The notes under the pieces are model-generated. The model searched no databases, was not told where the DNA came from, and saw only the letters and a program-made list of their open reading frames with translations. Positions 38,185 through 55,997 of a stretch of DNA of 64,000 nt are shown in pieces (positions within the stretch are counted from its first letter, which is position 1; each line of letters opens with the position of its first letter). Origin of the DNA: Macrostomum lignano (Eukaryota). The DNA lies in assembly GCA_002269645.1 (NCBI GenBank), contig NIVC01002941.1, positions 99,347-163,346 of the forward strand, read 5' to 3'. The translations under genes were made by a program, and so were the position numbers.

Positions 38185-39245
38185 TACAGAGACATGCCCC
38201 CCCCCCGACAAAGACATGACTCCCCCCCCCGACAAAGACATGGCTCCCCCTCCGACAAAGACATGGCTCCCCCCCGACAATGACATGGCTCCCCCCCTCC
38301 GACAAAGACATGGCTCCCCCCCCCCTCCGACAAAGACATGGCTCCCCCCCGACAATGACATGGCTCCCCCCCGACAATGACATGGCTCCCCCCTCCGACA
38401 AAGACATGGCTCCCCCCGACAATGACATGGCTCCCCCCTCCGACAAAGACATGGCTCCCCCCGACAATGACATGGCTCCCCCCCGACAATGACATGGCTC
38501 CCCCCTCCGACAGAGACATGCCCCCCCCCCGACAAAGACATGGCTCCCCCCGACAATGACATGGCTCCCCCCTCCGACAGAGACATGCCCCCCCCCCCGA
38601 CAAAGACATGGCTCCCCCGACAATGACATGGCTCCCCCCTCCGACAGAGACATGCCCCCCCCCCGACAAAGACATGGCTCCCCCCGACAAAGACCTGGCT
38701 CCCCCCCCGACAAAGACCTGGCTCCCCCCCGACAATGACATGGCTCCCCCCGACAATGACATGCCCCCCCCGACAAAGACATGGCGCCCCCTCCTGAAAA
38801 GACATGGCGCCCCCCCCCCGACAAAGACATGACTCCTCCCCGACCCCGACAAAGACATGGCGCCCCCTCCTGAAAAAGACATGGCGCCCCCCCCCCGACA
38901 AAGACATGACTCCTCCCCGACCTCGACAAAGACATGGCGCCTGGCGCCCCCTCAAAGACATGGCGCCCCCCAAGGACAGGGCGCCCCCTAACAAAGACAT
39001 ATGGCGCCCCCCAAGACATGGCGCCCCCCAAAGACATGGCGCCCCCCAAAGACATGGCGCCCCCCCCAAAGACATGGCGCCCCCCCCAAGACATGGCGCC
39101 CCCCCCAAAGACATGGCGCCCCCCCCCAAAGACATGGCGCCCCTCCAAAGACATGGCGCCCCCCAAAGACAGGGCGCCGCCTAACAAAGACATGGCGCCC
39201 CCCCCCGGACAACGACAAGACATGAAACCCTCCCCCCGACAGACA
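38185..39245. repeat. C-rich ~22-bp minisatellite (GACAAAGACATGGC[T/G]CCCCCCC), two subfamilies
   Basis: Read directly; poly-C tracts of variable length. Confidence 0.93.
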
Positions 39246-40026
39246 TGGCAACACAAATGTTTCAAACTCACCAAATGCAAGGCAAAAATCTGTTGTCCAG
39301 AATTGAAAAATAGCTTTAACTGAAATTCAACCAAAGACATTGATTTAATAAACAGGATCCAAGCTTAAAGTACTCAAATCCTATTATGAGAATCAGAAGA
39401 AAGCTTCTCAGATCAACTCACCCGCTGAGAGCAAATCCTTGAGCAAAACTGCCGCCGCCCACGTTTTGCCTTCTCATTCTGTCTCTTTTTTCAAATCCCC
39501 TTTAAAACCCTTCGCCCCCTGCCTCTCGGATCCCCGATTTTTCTTCCCCGCACTCGCACCGTCTCCTGCCCAGACAGCCAATCCGCTAAGCAGCAGCATC
39601 TAGAAAAGGTGAGCCCCGTCTGCTCAAAGGGAGACGGTAGAGATGGAGGAGTTCGAAGGAATGAAGACGGGAAGGAGTGCAGAGGGGGACAGGAAAACAG
39701 TGGAATTTGGCAGCCAATAGCAGTGCGGATGGGGGGGGGCGAGTTTCACTTGTTTCAATTGCTTCCCCCGTGTCTACATCAGCTCCCTGCCTTCACCCTG
39801 TGTTCCCCGCGCGTCTTTTGAAGTCCCCGCTGCTCCTGATGGGCCTCTCGAAAGCGATGTCTGTGTGGGTGGGTGGGAGCGCAGCTAAGCAGCTTCTCCG
39901 TCACTCTCACTCACTGCCTCACTGCCGAGATGCAGAAAAACAATTTCTGAAAGGATTTCATTCCAAAAATTCTAAAAATAGTTCTCTTGATTGTATCGCG
40001 TTTCTGTGTCTCTGCCTGCTAGAAGA

Positions 40027-46268
<6,242 letters not shown>

Positions 46269-46721
46269 CCCAAAGTGCTTCAAACAAAATTACAACCCGT
46301 CGGAGGGAGTTTCAGCAGCTACCTGCAGCCTGAACAATGCCATTTCATCTACGGGAAGTTAAAGCCGCTGCTATTCACTACTGCAGCGTGAGAAACAAAA
46401 AGCAGTCTGAAAGACCCCCCCATCCATCTGTCTGATTAAGTGGAGCCCTTGCTCACGGCTGATAATGACAGGATGCGGGACAAAGGAAGCATTCCATTAG
46501 TCTTTGCATTCGGCTGTCGCTCTTTCCCCACTCGCAGATGATGCCAGCTGACTGATGCGGCGCTCTGAGAGGCTGCGCCCTTCCTTTTTTTTCCGCACCT
46601 GCTGCACCTCTTTATTGAACAGAAAATGTTATTGAAAACGGAAAAGCATGCCGTTCGGGAAATATGTTGCTCAAAGGTTTTTTCACTTGTATTTTATCGC
46701 GATTTTAGAGGCCAGTCTCTT

Positions 46722-49700
46722 TCAGATCTCTTTCAACCGATTCTCCAGCTCAGGAAAGGCCATTAGCAGCAGCATTTTGTTATACTTCATGACGCTTTTC
46801 ACCGAGTCAAACGACACGGAATGACCTGTGAACCAGGTGCGCCTGAAGCCCTGCACTTGGTCAAGGATTCGCCACAGAACCCCATCGGCGATTTCCGGTA
46901 TGGTGTATCGAGGCATGTAGTTGAAGGTTATTGAGGCCAGGGTGTCGCCACTAGCCAGGGGGTCGTGAGCTTCCGGCGCTGTCTGCAGGTCGCTGCTTGA
47001 GCCTTCCGAATTGGAGTAGCCTGACAGGTAGTAGGCTACGATGGTGGAGGAGGCTGGAGTCTCCGGGCTTCGATTGAAATCTGGCGAGTTCAGAGCCAGT
47101 TCGGAGTTGCGAATGGCCAGGAGCCGATCGAGACTGGGGCTGCGGATTGCCGTGCGGGGGTTGATATTAGGGGGGTGCAGACTGTGAGTAGAGGGTGTAA
47201 CTGTGAAGGATCGCCACAGAGGGTGTAGAATGTGAGTTGAGGGTGTAGACTGTGAGGGGAGGGTGTAGACTAATAGTAGAGGGTGTAGAATTTGAGTGGA
47301 GGGTGTAGACTGTGAGTGGAGGGTGTAGACTGTGAGTGGAGGGTGTAGACTTTTAGTGAAGGGTTTCGATTGAAGCTAGAGATGGAGCTGCTGCAGACAA
47401 TGGATTTCCATCACATACTTCTCCGTGTCCAGCTGGTCCAGGTAGTAGGCCACAGGGTGGGCCGCCACTTCCGGTTGACCGGAAAAGCGCACCAGCTTAG
47501 TCAGAAACTTTCTGGACTTCAGTCTGGAGAACACATCCTTCTCGGCCGGGGTCAGGTCATCCAACAGGCCGCCCGTGACCGCCTGCGCGCTGGGAGTCCA
47601 CACCAGCCAGTCCACCGTCTCCATGCTGTTGTCAAAGAATCGAATCTTGATGGGACGACCACCGCCACCACCGCTCCTGCTGACACCAACGACACGACTG
47701 TTCATGCGGAACTGCACACCGCCAGCCAGCTGGAGACGGTCGCGCGCCGACTCCCAGAAAGTCTGGGTGGATAGAATTCAATAATAACGATATGAAATGA
47801 GAGCTAAGATGGCCAGTTTACACTCTGGTGCTTTGGAGTGGGGTAGACTTTGGATTGAAGACAAGATCGTCAATGTACAGTCTAGCTTTGGTGGTATTGG
47901 GGTGGGGTAGGAATTAAAGATAAGCTCGCCTATGTACAGTCTAGCTTTGGTGGTATTGGAGTGGGGTAGGAATAGGAGATAAGATCGCCAATGTACAGTC
48001 TAGCTTTGGTGGTATTGGAGTGGGGTAGGAATAGGAGATAAGATCGCCAATGTACAGTCTAGCTTTGGTGGTATTGGAGTGGGGTAGGAATAGGAGATAA
48101 GATCGCCAATGTACAGTCTAGCTTTGGTGGTATTGGAGTGGGGTAGGAATAGGAGATAAGATCGTCAATGTACAGTCTAGCTTTGGTGGTATTGGAGTGG
48201 GGTAGAAATAGAAGATAAGATCGTCAATGTACAGTCTAGCTTTGGTGTTATTGGAGTGGGGTAGAAATTGAAGACAAGATCGTCAATGTACAGTCTAGCT
48301 TTGGTGGTATTGGAGTGGGGTAGAAATTGAAGATAAGATCGCCAATGTACAGTCTAGCTTTGGTGGTATTGGAGTGGGTAGGAATAGGAGATAAGATCGC
48401 CAATGTACAGTCTAGCTTTGGTAGCATTGGAGTGGGGGAGGAATCGAAATGGGTTGAAGATGGCAAGTAGAGCAATCTGTAATCACCTAATACAGAGCAC
48501 AAGAATGGTCGGGCGCACCTGGAATCCCTTGCGCAACATGCCGAGCCTGGACTCCTTCCGGGGCACCAGCAGGTCAGTCAGGTAGGCCTCCGACATCCAC
48601 ATGAGTCCGTAGAGAGCGGAGGTGTCGCTGGGACTGCCGTAGCCCATGGCGGTCATGCCGAACAGAAAGTAGGGCTCCAGAGCCAGCAAGCCGTTCTTCT
48701 CCAGATAGCTGAGCGCGCTGCAGTTCAACTTGGCCAGCGCCTCGCTTGACGGCTGGGCCAGCGGGAACTCCAGGAAGTCCGGCTGCTGGGCCGGATAGAG
48801 CTTTGAGCGCAGGCGGATGTAACGCTGACTGGCCTGCAGAATGTGCTGCTTGACCTCCTCATCGGATGCGTTGGGCCGCAGCGTTGGATCCAGGCGTCGA
48901 ACCCTGCCGAACACGAACTGCTCAAGGTCCATCTAGAAGTTGGAAAAGTTTCTTTCCTAACTTACGGATTTGCCACTTACTGGAGTGGTTGGAACCGTGA
49001 TCGGAGACAGTTCTGCTCATTCCACTGCCTCCTGAGCACACAAGCACGCCAAGACTGCACGCAGGCACCCACTCGTGCACACGCTCACACAGAGTGCACA
49101 GGGGCGCCAGCACCAGGGGCTTTAGCACCAGGGGCGCCAGCACCAGGGGCTTTAGCACCAGGGGCTTTAGCACCAGATGCTTTAGCACCAGGGGCGCCAG
49201 CACCAGAGGCGCCAGCACCAGGGGCGCCAGCACCAGGGGCGCCAGCACCAGGGGCGTCAGCACCAGAGGCGCCAGCACCAGGGGCGCCAGCACTAGGGGC
49301 GTCAGCACCAGAGGCGCCAGCACCAGGGGCGTCAGCACCAGAGGCGCCAGCACCAGGGGCGCCAGCACTAGGGGCGTCAGCACCAGAAGCGCCAGCACCA
49401 GGGGCGTCAGCACCAGAGGCGCCAGCACCAGAGGCGCCAGCACCAAGGGTGCCATCACCTGGGGCGCCAGCACCAGAAAAACTTGTGAACCAGCGCAGGA
49501 TCAGAACAGCGCAAAATTCAGTGCTACTGAAAACTCGCAAGTTTCGAGTTCAGGATCGCGGCCGACAGCTCATACCTGGCGAGCGGATGGCTCAGACGAT
49601 TCTCTGATCACCGCGGCAGGCAGGGTGGCTTCATCCAGATCGTAGCCGATGCCCTGAGCCATGCGGCGCAGGTCTCGGTAGTCGCTGCTCACGTAGCAGG

Positions 49701-49965
49701 TGCCCAACTCGTGCGGCAGCGGGTCCGCCTCCGAAACCTTCAGCGTGACGGAGCGCCCGCCGACCCGGCCGGAGGACTCCAGCACAAGGAGATTCTTGAA
49801 GCCCAGACTGCGGAGCAGGTAGGCCATATGCATCCCGGCTGGGCCGGCGCCCACAATGGCCACCCTCGAAGACCGGCTGGGCCGCTCGGCAGCTGTCGGC
49901 AGGCAGGCGGCGTCATGGTTGCTAAGCAACTGCAGCAGCAACAGCAGCAGCAGTGATGATGTCAT
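46722..49965 (-). CDS. Secreted FAD-dependent oxidoreductase, amine-oxidase fold, similar to polyunsaturated fatty acid isomerase; join(49576-49965,48519-48932,47419-47762,46722-47139), ~521 aa
   Basis: Leu-rich signal peptide; Rossmann motif VAIVGAGPAG and GG motif RVGGR; GYG motif; C-terminal QG..TW.TG...F. GT/AG boundaries with matching phases (0, 0, 2). Confidence 0.88.
47170..47362. repeat. ~20-bp intronic repeat (GAGGGTGTAGACTGTGAGT)
   Basis: Read directly. Confidence 0.85.
47860..48440. repeat. 59-bp intronic minisatellite, about 10 copies
   Basis: GCCAATGTACAGTCTAGCTTTGGTGGTATTGGAGTGGGGTAGGAATAGGAGATAAGATC. Confidence 0.93.
49100..49478. repeat. 15-bp intronic repeat (GCACCAGGGGCGCCA)
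   Basis: Read directly; explains the APGAP ORFs. Confidence 0.93.
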
Positions 49966-50559
49966 GCTTTATCACTCGCCTTATAGTCTCTAAATCAGCT
50001 GTTAGGAATAATTAGTTTAAATGAGTACAATTAGCAGGCTAGCAAGCGCAAACTCTGCTGTGAGAAAAGACTTAATAAGGGCCTATAAGTCGAGGCTCTT
50101 ATCGGAAACCCCCCACCCCCTAATGCAGCAGCTCAATGGGCCGGCCCCTGCCATGTGTTATTGTTCCATTGTTTGAAGGCAAAATAATTTGTGACAGGAG
50201 TTGGCGATTATTTATGACTGATAATAAAATACTCACGATTCCAGAGTTCGACCGGATTGCCCCCCATGCGGGATTGCGTGCGCACTACTTGAAATTAATT
50301 CTGTCACTTTTTGCCAGGCGTTGTTGCTATTTATAGCTTTAGTTGACGTTTTACCGGCCCGCGAGATATGGCATGAGTTCGTGGAGGATCGCGGCAAAAT
50401 TTGAAGTGCCATGCACTTGAGAAAAAAACTATTATGGCCGAGATTTGAAAAGCTGCACGAAATTATTCCACGGCTGATTGAACTGCTCGAAATCTGCGCA
50501 ATTTTACCAGCAGGGATCGACTTTCGAAAAGCCAATGAAACAACAAATTAATCGATTTA

Positions 50560-50745
50560 AATGATTTAATCGATCGATTTTTATCGATTTTTATCGATTT
50601 TCATTGAATTTATCAATTTTCATCGAATTTATCTATTTTTTCGGACTTTTAAGATTTTTTCTCAGTTTTATCGATTCTTATCGATTTTTAGCGATTTTAT
50701 CGATTTTTATTGACTTTCATCGATTTTATCGATTTTATTGAGCAT
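50560..50745. repeat. Degenerate ATCGATTTT short repeat
   Basis: Read directly. Confidence 0.75.
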
Positions 50746-50804
50746 ATTCTTTAGCAGTTGCTAATCGGAGTCCAGATTCTGGGTTAGTTCGATGTGTTTT
50801 GTAA

Positions 50805-51118
50805 TTTTTTTGCTAATGTAATTGCAAGACACGCACACGACTGCCCCTGAGCAGGCACACAAGCGCCCGGATACGTACGCAGTCATACGCACAGGCACAC
50901 ACTCACACAGGAGTGTACAGCGGCCCTAACTTTATTTACCGATAGACATGTACACTTCACTGTGATTTGGGGGTTGGCCTTCAAGGCCGTTAATTGCGCA
51001 AGCAGAGCCAAGCCAAGACTCCGATTTAGCCCCAAATTAATGTGACTGCACTGGGAATCGATCCTGGGCCGCTGGCACACCAGAACGCCGCTCTACTAGA
51101 TCGCTGGGCTATGCCCCC
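50805..51118 (-). mobile_element. tRNA-derived SINE, copy 2 (A and B boxes present)
   Basis: The minus strand starts GGGGGCATAGCCCAGCG (A-box-like), contains GGATCGATTCC (B-box-like), has a body shared with 3545-3792 and a short A-rich tail. Confidence 0.7.
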
Positions 51119-51509
51119 ATAAAAGTGCAATTACCCCGCCCTAACTTAGCTGGGATTGACGTAAACACAAAAGCGATTAGCATCTAAATTTAGTTTGAAA
51201 GAATCTGAAATCAGATCCTCTCATGCAGCTCATGAAACTCAATGCCAATACAAAGGAATATTTTTCTTGGATAAAAGAAACATCCAGGCCAGGCATTGTG
51301 AGCTCACGCAAGTCTCCGCCTGACTGCTTCGGGCCAGGGCTGAGAGGGCCGAGTGGAGGGGAAGTCAGCCAAGCGTGCGCCTGCTGGCGACTCGAGCCTG
51401 ACAGGGCAGAAGTTCGCGGGCTCGTCTGTCGCTGAACGGCACCGAATCCCAAGGGTGCAGAGAAAATTTGAATTTTAATACCATGAGACGCGTCCTTTTC
51501 AGCCTCAGT

Positions 51510-51511
51510 CC

Positions 51512-51595
<84 letters not shown>

Positions 51596-51612
51596 GTCTG
51601 TCTGTCTGTCTA

Positions 51613-51650
<38 letters not shown>
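51510..51650. repeat. (TCTG)n microsatellite
   Basis: Read directly. Confidence 0.97.
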
Positions 51651-52489
51651 CATCGATCTTCCCCTCTTTCCTTTCTGTGTCCCACTGCAAATCTCTGGTG
51701 AATTTTCGACAAAAGAGCTCAAATATAAATAGACGCAATGAAAGGCCTAAAAAACGCAATGATAATTAGCAGGAGTCGAATTCCATTTTTGGCTTTCTAC
51801 GAGCCTGTATTTCTGAAAAAAATCCGACTTTCTGAAAGGGGTGGTCGAATATCTGAATGCCTTACAAGCACATGAACTGTAAGTCTTAGGATTAGATATT
51901 GGGAAATTTATGTGTCCACAGAGTACTGAAATCTACCCATCTCGCAAATGCATTCAGGCAGGGAAACTCGGCCTGAAACAAAACAGAGTAAGGAGTCCTT
52001 GTACTTGAGTTGTCCATCAGTGAGTATATTGCACCCATGCAGCCAAATTACTTTTGCAGCGCATAAGCTGTCAAAATGACAAAACAAATATTTTCAAATC
52101 CATCGTCTTCCCACATATCAGCAGCTTTGCGCGCCTGAGGCTGCAGCGAATTATGAGAAGAACTGAACTCAAAATTTTTCGTTTGATTTTTCCCTCCTTT
52201 GCCCGGGTCTCCGCGTACAGCCCGAAGGAATTGCCAAGGCGCCCGAGACTGAGGCTGCAACTCGATCAAGGCGGGGCCCGTCGCCCACGCCTCTGTCTGG
52301 GGAGAGGAAATTGAAATTCAAAAAAAGAAAAAACATGACACCGCTCGAACTGGGTGGCCGGGGCGCGTGTTCCTTGATGAGGAGAACAAGGGAGGATGGG
52401 GCGTTGACGCTGGTTGCTAATTAAACAGCCAGCATCTCTGACTCGGGGGCGGAAGCCATATCATACTGGCGCATTTTGAGTCAATTTTG

Positions 52490-52870
52490 TCGTTGACTAG
52501 ATTAGCAATCCATCTCATTCTTTCCTGTTGACTAGATTAGCAATCCATTTCCTACTTTCCTGTTGACTAGATTAGCAATCCATTTCCTACTTTCCTGTTG
52601 ACTAGATTATCAATCCATTTCCTACTTTCCTGTTGACTAGATTAGCAATCCATTTCCTACTTTCCTGTTGACTAGATTAGCAATCCATTTCCTACTTTCC
52701 TGTTGACTAGATTATCAATCCATTTCATAATTTCCTGTTGACTAGATTAGCAATCCATCTCATAATTTCCTGTTGACTAGATTAGCAATCCATTTCATAC
52801 TTTCTTGTTGAATATATAGATTCTTGTTGAATTTCATACATTCTTGTTGACTAGATTAGCAATCCATCCT
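52490..52870. repeat. 35-bp tandem repeat (GTTGACTAGATTAGCAATCCATTTCCTACTTTCCT)
   Basis: Read directly. Confidence 0.92.
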
Positions 52871-54630
52871 GCATCTTTATACTCTGGCAGAAATTGAGAC
52901 AGAGAAAGCAGAAGCGAAGAACAACAATACGAGTATAAGCACATGCATAAGCAGAAATGGCATGCAAATGTAGATTGTCTCAGAAAGTGTTCAGACAGGC
53001 CAGCCGTGAGCACCTCTGAGATCTCAGCAGCGCCGGCAGAAGCTGTAGATCACCAGGAGGCAATAAATTAGAGGGGTCGGCCTTGTAGGGACGGGGAATT
53101 TAATCAGTCCTGGGTCTGCTATGGATTTTGTACATGCGAGCTCACGCGGGGCGTCCCAGAGGCTGGCTGATATATAATTACCTCAATAGCCATAAAACAC
53201 GATTTCCAGTCTTTACAAGGCCGCCGATTCTTGTTTTTCCATCGATAAATAAAATTCCGCACTGACTACTTGCAACTGAGACTGGCAAAAAATTAATTAA
53301 TTTGATAACTATGCGAGACAGACTGCACGTTTCTTTTGGCTCAAAGGTTGTTGGAAAAATTTATTGCAGAAAACCGCTGCATGGGAATTGCATATAGGAC
53401 TCGCCATCTTCATTGGCTCCTGGTTTGGCAGTCCTGAGCCTTGATCATCAGTATATTAAACTCTCTAGCCCTTTCGACGATTTATAATTTCGAGCTTGTG
53501 ACAGCTAACCCTTTTTCGACTCACCGATATGTTACGTTAAACAATTTTTAAGGCAGTTTTTTCACGAAGAAACGCATGCACTTTTGCGAGTGTTTCTTGA
53601 AAACAGAAACCTGCATCATTACGCTCGTAACAGGAAGCAGCACCTGGATCAGTTGGCGTGCTATCAAAAGCTTCTGCGGCATTGCAGGAAATCTGAGGAA
53701 TTTGCTTGGCTTCCAGAATGCACAAGTTAATTAACGCTGGCCCCGATCGTGCAGCCCTTTTCACAATAGCATGTAGCGGAAGTACTCGAAATTCAACAAT
53801 TTCTGCAAACACGTCCAGCTCACTAATTAAATCCCAGCTACTCACTTGTCTGTTTTCAATCGATCCGAAGGGATCTATTTCAGTAGTATGGGATAACAGA
53901 ACTCTGCCGCAGGAATTTCCGTGGAAAAGCCATGGGCCCTAGTGAGTGAACATACGGGCCTATGTAAATCCATTGAGCGACTCTGCCGCAGGGCAGGCCA
54001 TGGAAATTCCGTGAGACCTCCTAGTGAGAGTACATTGGTGCAAGTATTTGCGAATGGGGTGGGGCTCCGCGGGAATTCCGTTAACCGCAATGAATGAGTA
54101 TTGGCAAATGCGTGTTCTGCTACGACGGACACAGGCGGTTCGGTTCATAAAACCAGGCAATGCTTTGCTTCTGAATGACATTTAATATTCCATCGGGTAT
54201 CGTAAAAGGAGGAGGGGCGTGTCTTTATTTCAATGATTACAATAAAATCAATTTGCAATTCATGTCTAAAATTTGAGCTACCAACTGTTGAAAAATCACT
54301 TGATTTTGGAATTTAAGGATTTTGGAATTTTGGAATTAATTGAAACTTTTGCCTATTAATTAGGCAAAAGTTTCAATAACAAGATGCTGCTTTAATAAGA
54401 TTATAATAGCCAAGCATCTCCCCCTTTCTTGGGGTGGTGGGTGTGTTGCTAAATGGAATTGGACGCTCAATAATTATCAGTTTTATTGCTCCCCAGTCTG
54501 GTCGGGAGTTCCAGTTGGCGGCAAGTGCAAAGGAACTTTTGTACATGTATGCTTTCAATAGAGGCTCTGTATCTGGGTTTTCTAATAAAATTATTTTAAA
54601 AAACCGGTTTCTGAGACGGCTGGGTTACTG

Positions 54631-54724
54631 ACTGTAAACATAGCTAAGCTGTAAACATAGCTAAGCTGTAAACATAGCGGCTATGTTTTTATTAACACAG
54701 ATTCGAATAAGCGAGGTATATAAG
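54631..54724 (+). promoter_or_regulatory. Candidate promoter: three TGTAAACA (forkhead-type) repeats, a palindrome and a TATATAAG box upstream of ORF 54819
   Basis: 17-bp unit CTGTAAACATAGCTAAG repeated; AAACATAGC-G-GCTATGTTT palindrome at 54670-54688; TATATAA at 54717-54723. Confidence 0.55.
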
Positions 54725-54818
54725 ACACCGTATACTTGAATACGGGACATAAGTTTCTACTTCTAATTTGAATTTAACTTCAATTTGATTTTTCTATTCA
54801 AACATTAAAAAATTTGGA

Positions 54819-55997
54819 ATGAATAAATCGCGCTGCCCTTCATATGTGTACGAGGTATGCATTTCCTGCAACTCATGTGAGCTCGGTGGCTTAAAACGTC
54901 ACAAAATGAAAAGCAGCTGCAATGTCAGTCGCTGGCTGCTTTGCCACGAGTGCCAGACGCGTGAGCTCTTTAATGTGCGCCAGCAAGTTCGAGCTCACAA
55001 AAACCACATTATTATTAACTGGAGCTCACCTGGAGATTTAAAACGAGCCCGCTTTGCTGCCTTGGAGGCTGCCCAGCGTCAAGAGCAGCTCAACATTATC
55101 GAGCGCAGTCGAGCACCGGTCAGCGCACTCAGCCAGACAATTCAGGGCGTCTTTCAGCAGCCTGATGAAGATTTTCAGCACGCTACCGATGCAAACTTTG
55201 ATCTGCTTGCCGCTGCACTTGCCGCTGTGGAGCAGCAATCAGATTTTTTTGGTTCAGCCGCTGCGCCAGCTGCTGATGCCGGCCTCCCAGCTGACGGTGC
55301 CGGCCTTCCAACTACTGATGCCGGCCTCCCAGCTGACGGTGCCGGCCTTCCAACTACTGATGCCGGCCTCCCAGCTGACGGTGCCGGCCTTCCAACTACT
55401 GATGCCGGCCTCCCAGCTGACGGTGCCGGCCTTCCAACTACTGATGCCGGCCTCCCAGCTGACGGTGCCGGCCTTCCAACTACTGATGCTGGCCTCCCAG
55501 CTGACGGTGCCGGCCTTCCAACTACTGATGCCGGCCTCCCAGCTGACAGTGCCGGCCTTCCAACTGCTGATGCCGGCCTCCCAGCTGGCAGTGCCGGCCT
55601 TCCAACTGCTGATGCCGGCCTCCCAGCTGACGATTCCACTGGTTTTGCAGCTCCTTCGGAGTTGGATACTGCCTTCTTCGAGGATGTCGATTTGGAGCCT
55701 GTTGAGCTGGCAAATGAAGAAGCTGAGCAGCAACAGATGCCACCCTACAGGCCTGTTCCAGTCGCAGGAAAAAATATGGAGCAAGCCAGAATGATGGCAG
55801 AAGCAAGCCTATCCGATCTCCTGCGAGAATTCGAACCTCCTACTCCACCGGCTGCACCAGAAATCCAAACCGGTGACATCCCAGTCGTAGAAGCCATGCC
55901 ACCGATGCCACCGTCAGTCTGCATTCAGCTGGTACTACCGAGCAGAGTCGAGGGCGAGTATTTTATTGACCTTGGGGAGGAACTCGCATTCGCTTAA
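54819..55997 (+). CDS. Polinton-associated 392-aa protein: N-terminal CxxC...H zinc-finger-like motifs, 14-aa repeats (42-bp unit, 55275-55630), acidic/Pro-rich C-terminus
   Basis: Long ORF with non-repetitive flanks, an upstream TATA box and a downstream AATAAA (56197-56202); CISC...KRHK and CHEC...RAHKNH. Confidence 0.65.
   Translation: MNKSRCPSYVYEVCISCNSCELGGLKRHKMKSSCNVSRWLLCHECQTRELFNVRQQVRAHKNHIIINWSSPGDLKRARFAALEAAQRQEQLNIIERSRAPVSALSQTIQGVFQQPDEDFQHATDANFDLLAAALAAVEQQSDFFGSAAAPAADAGLPADGAGLPTTDAGLPADGAGLPTTDAGLPADGAGLPTTDAGLPADGAGLPTTDAGLPADGAGLPTTDAGLPADGAGLPTTDAGLPADSAGLPTADAGLPAGSAGLPTADAGLPADDSTGFAAPSELDTAFFEDVDLEPVELANEEAEQQQMPPYRPVPVAGKNMEQARMMAEASLSDLLREFEPPTPPAAPEIQTGDIPVVEAMPPMPPSVCIQLVLPSRVEGEYFIDLGEELAFA

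Noticed and set aside
38085-39340. Gly-rich and Pro-rich overlapping ORFs
   Set aside because: Translations of a C-rich minisatellite with variable poly-C lengths.
48843-49645. Collagen/elastin-like APGAP ORFs
   Set aside because: 15-bp minisatellite within intron 1 of the oxidoreductase gene.
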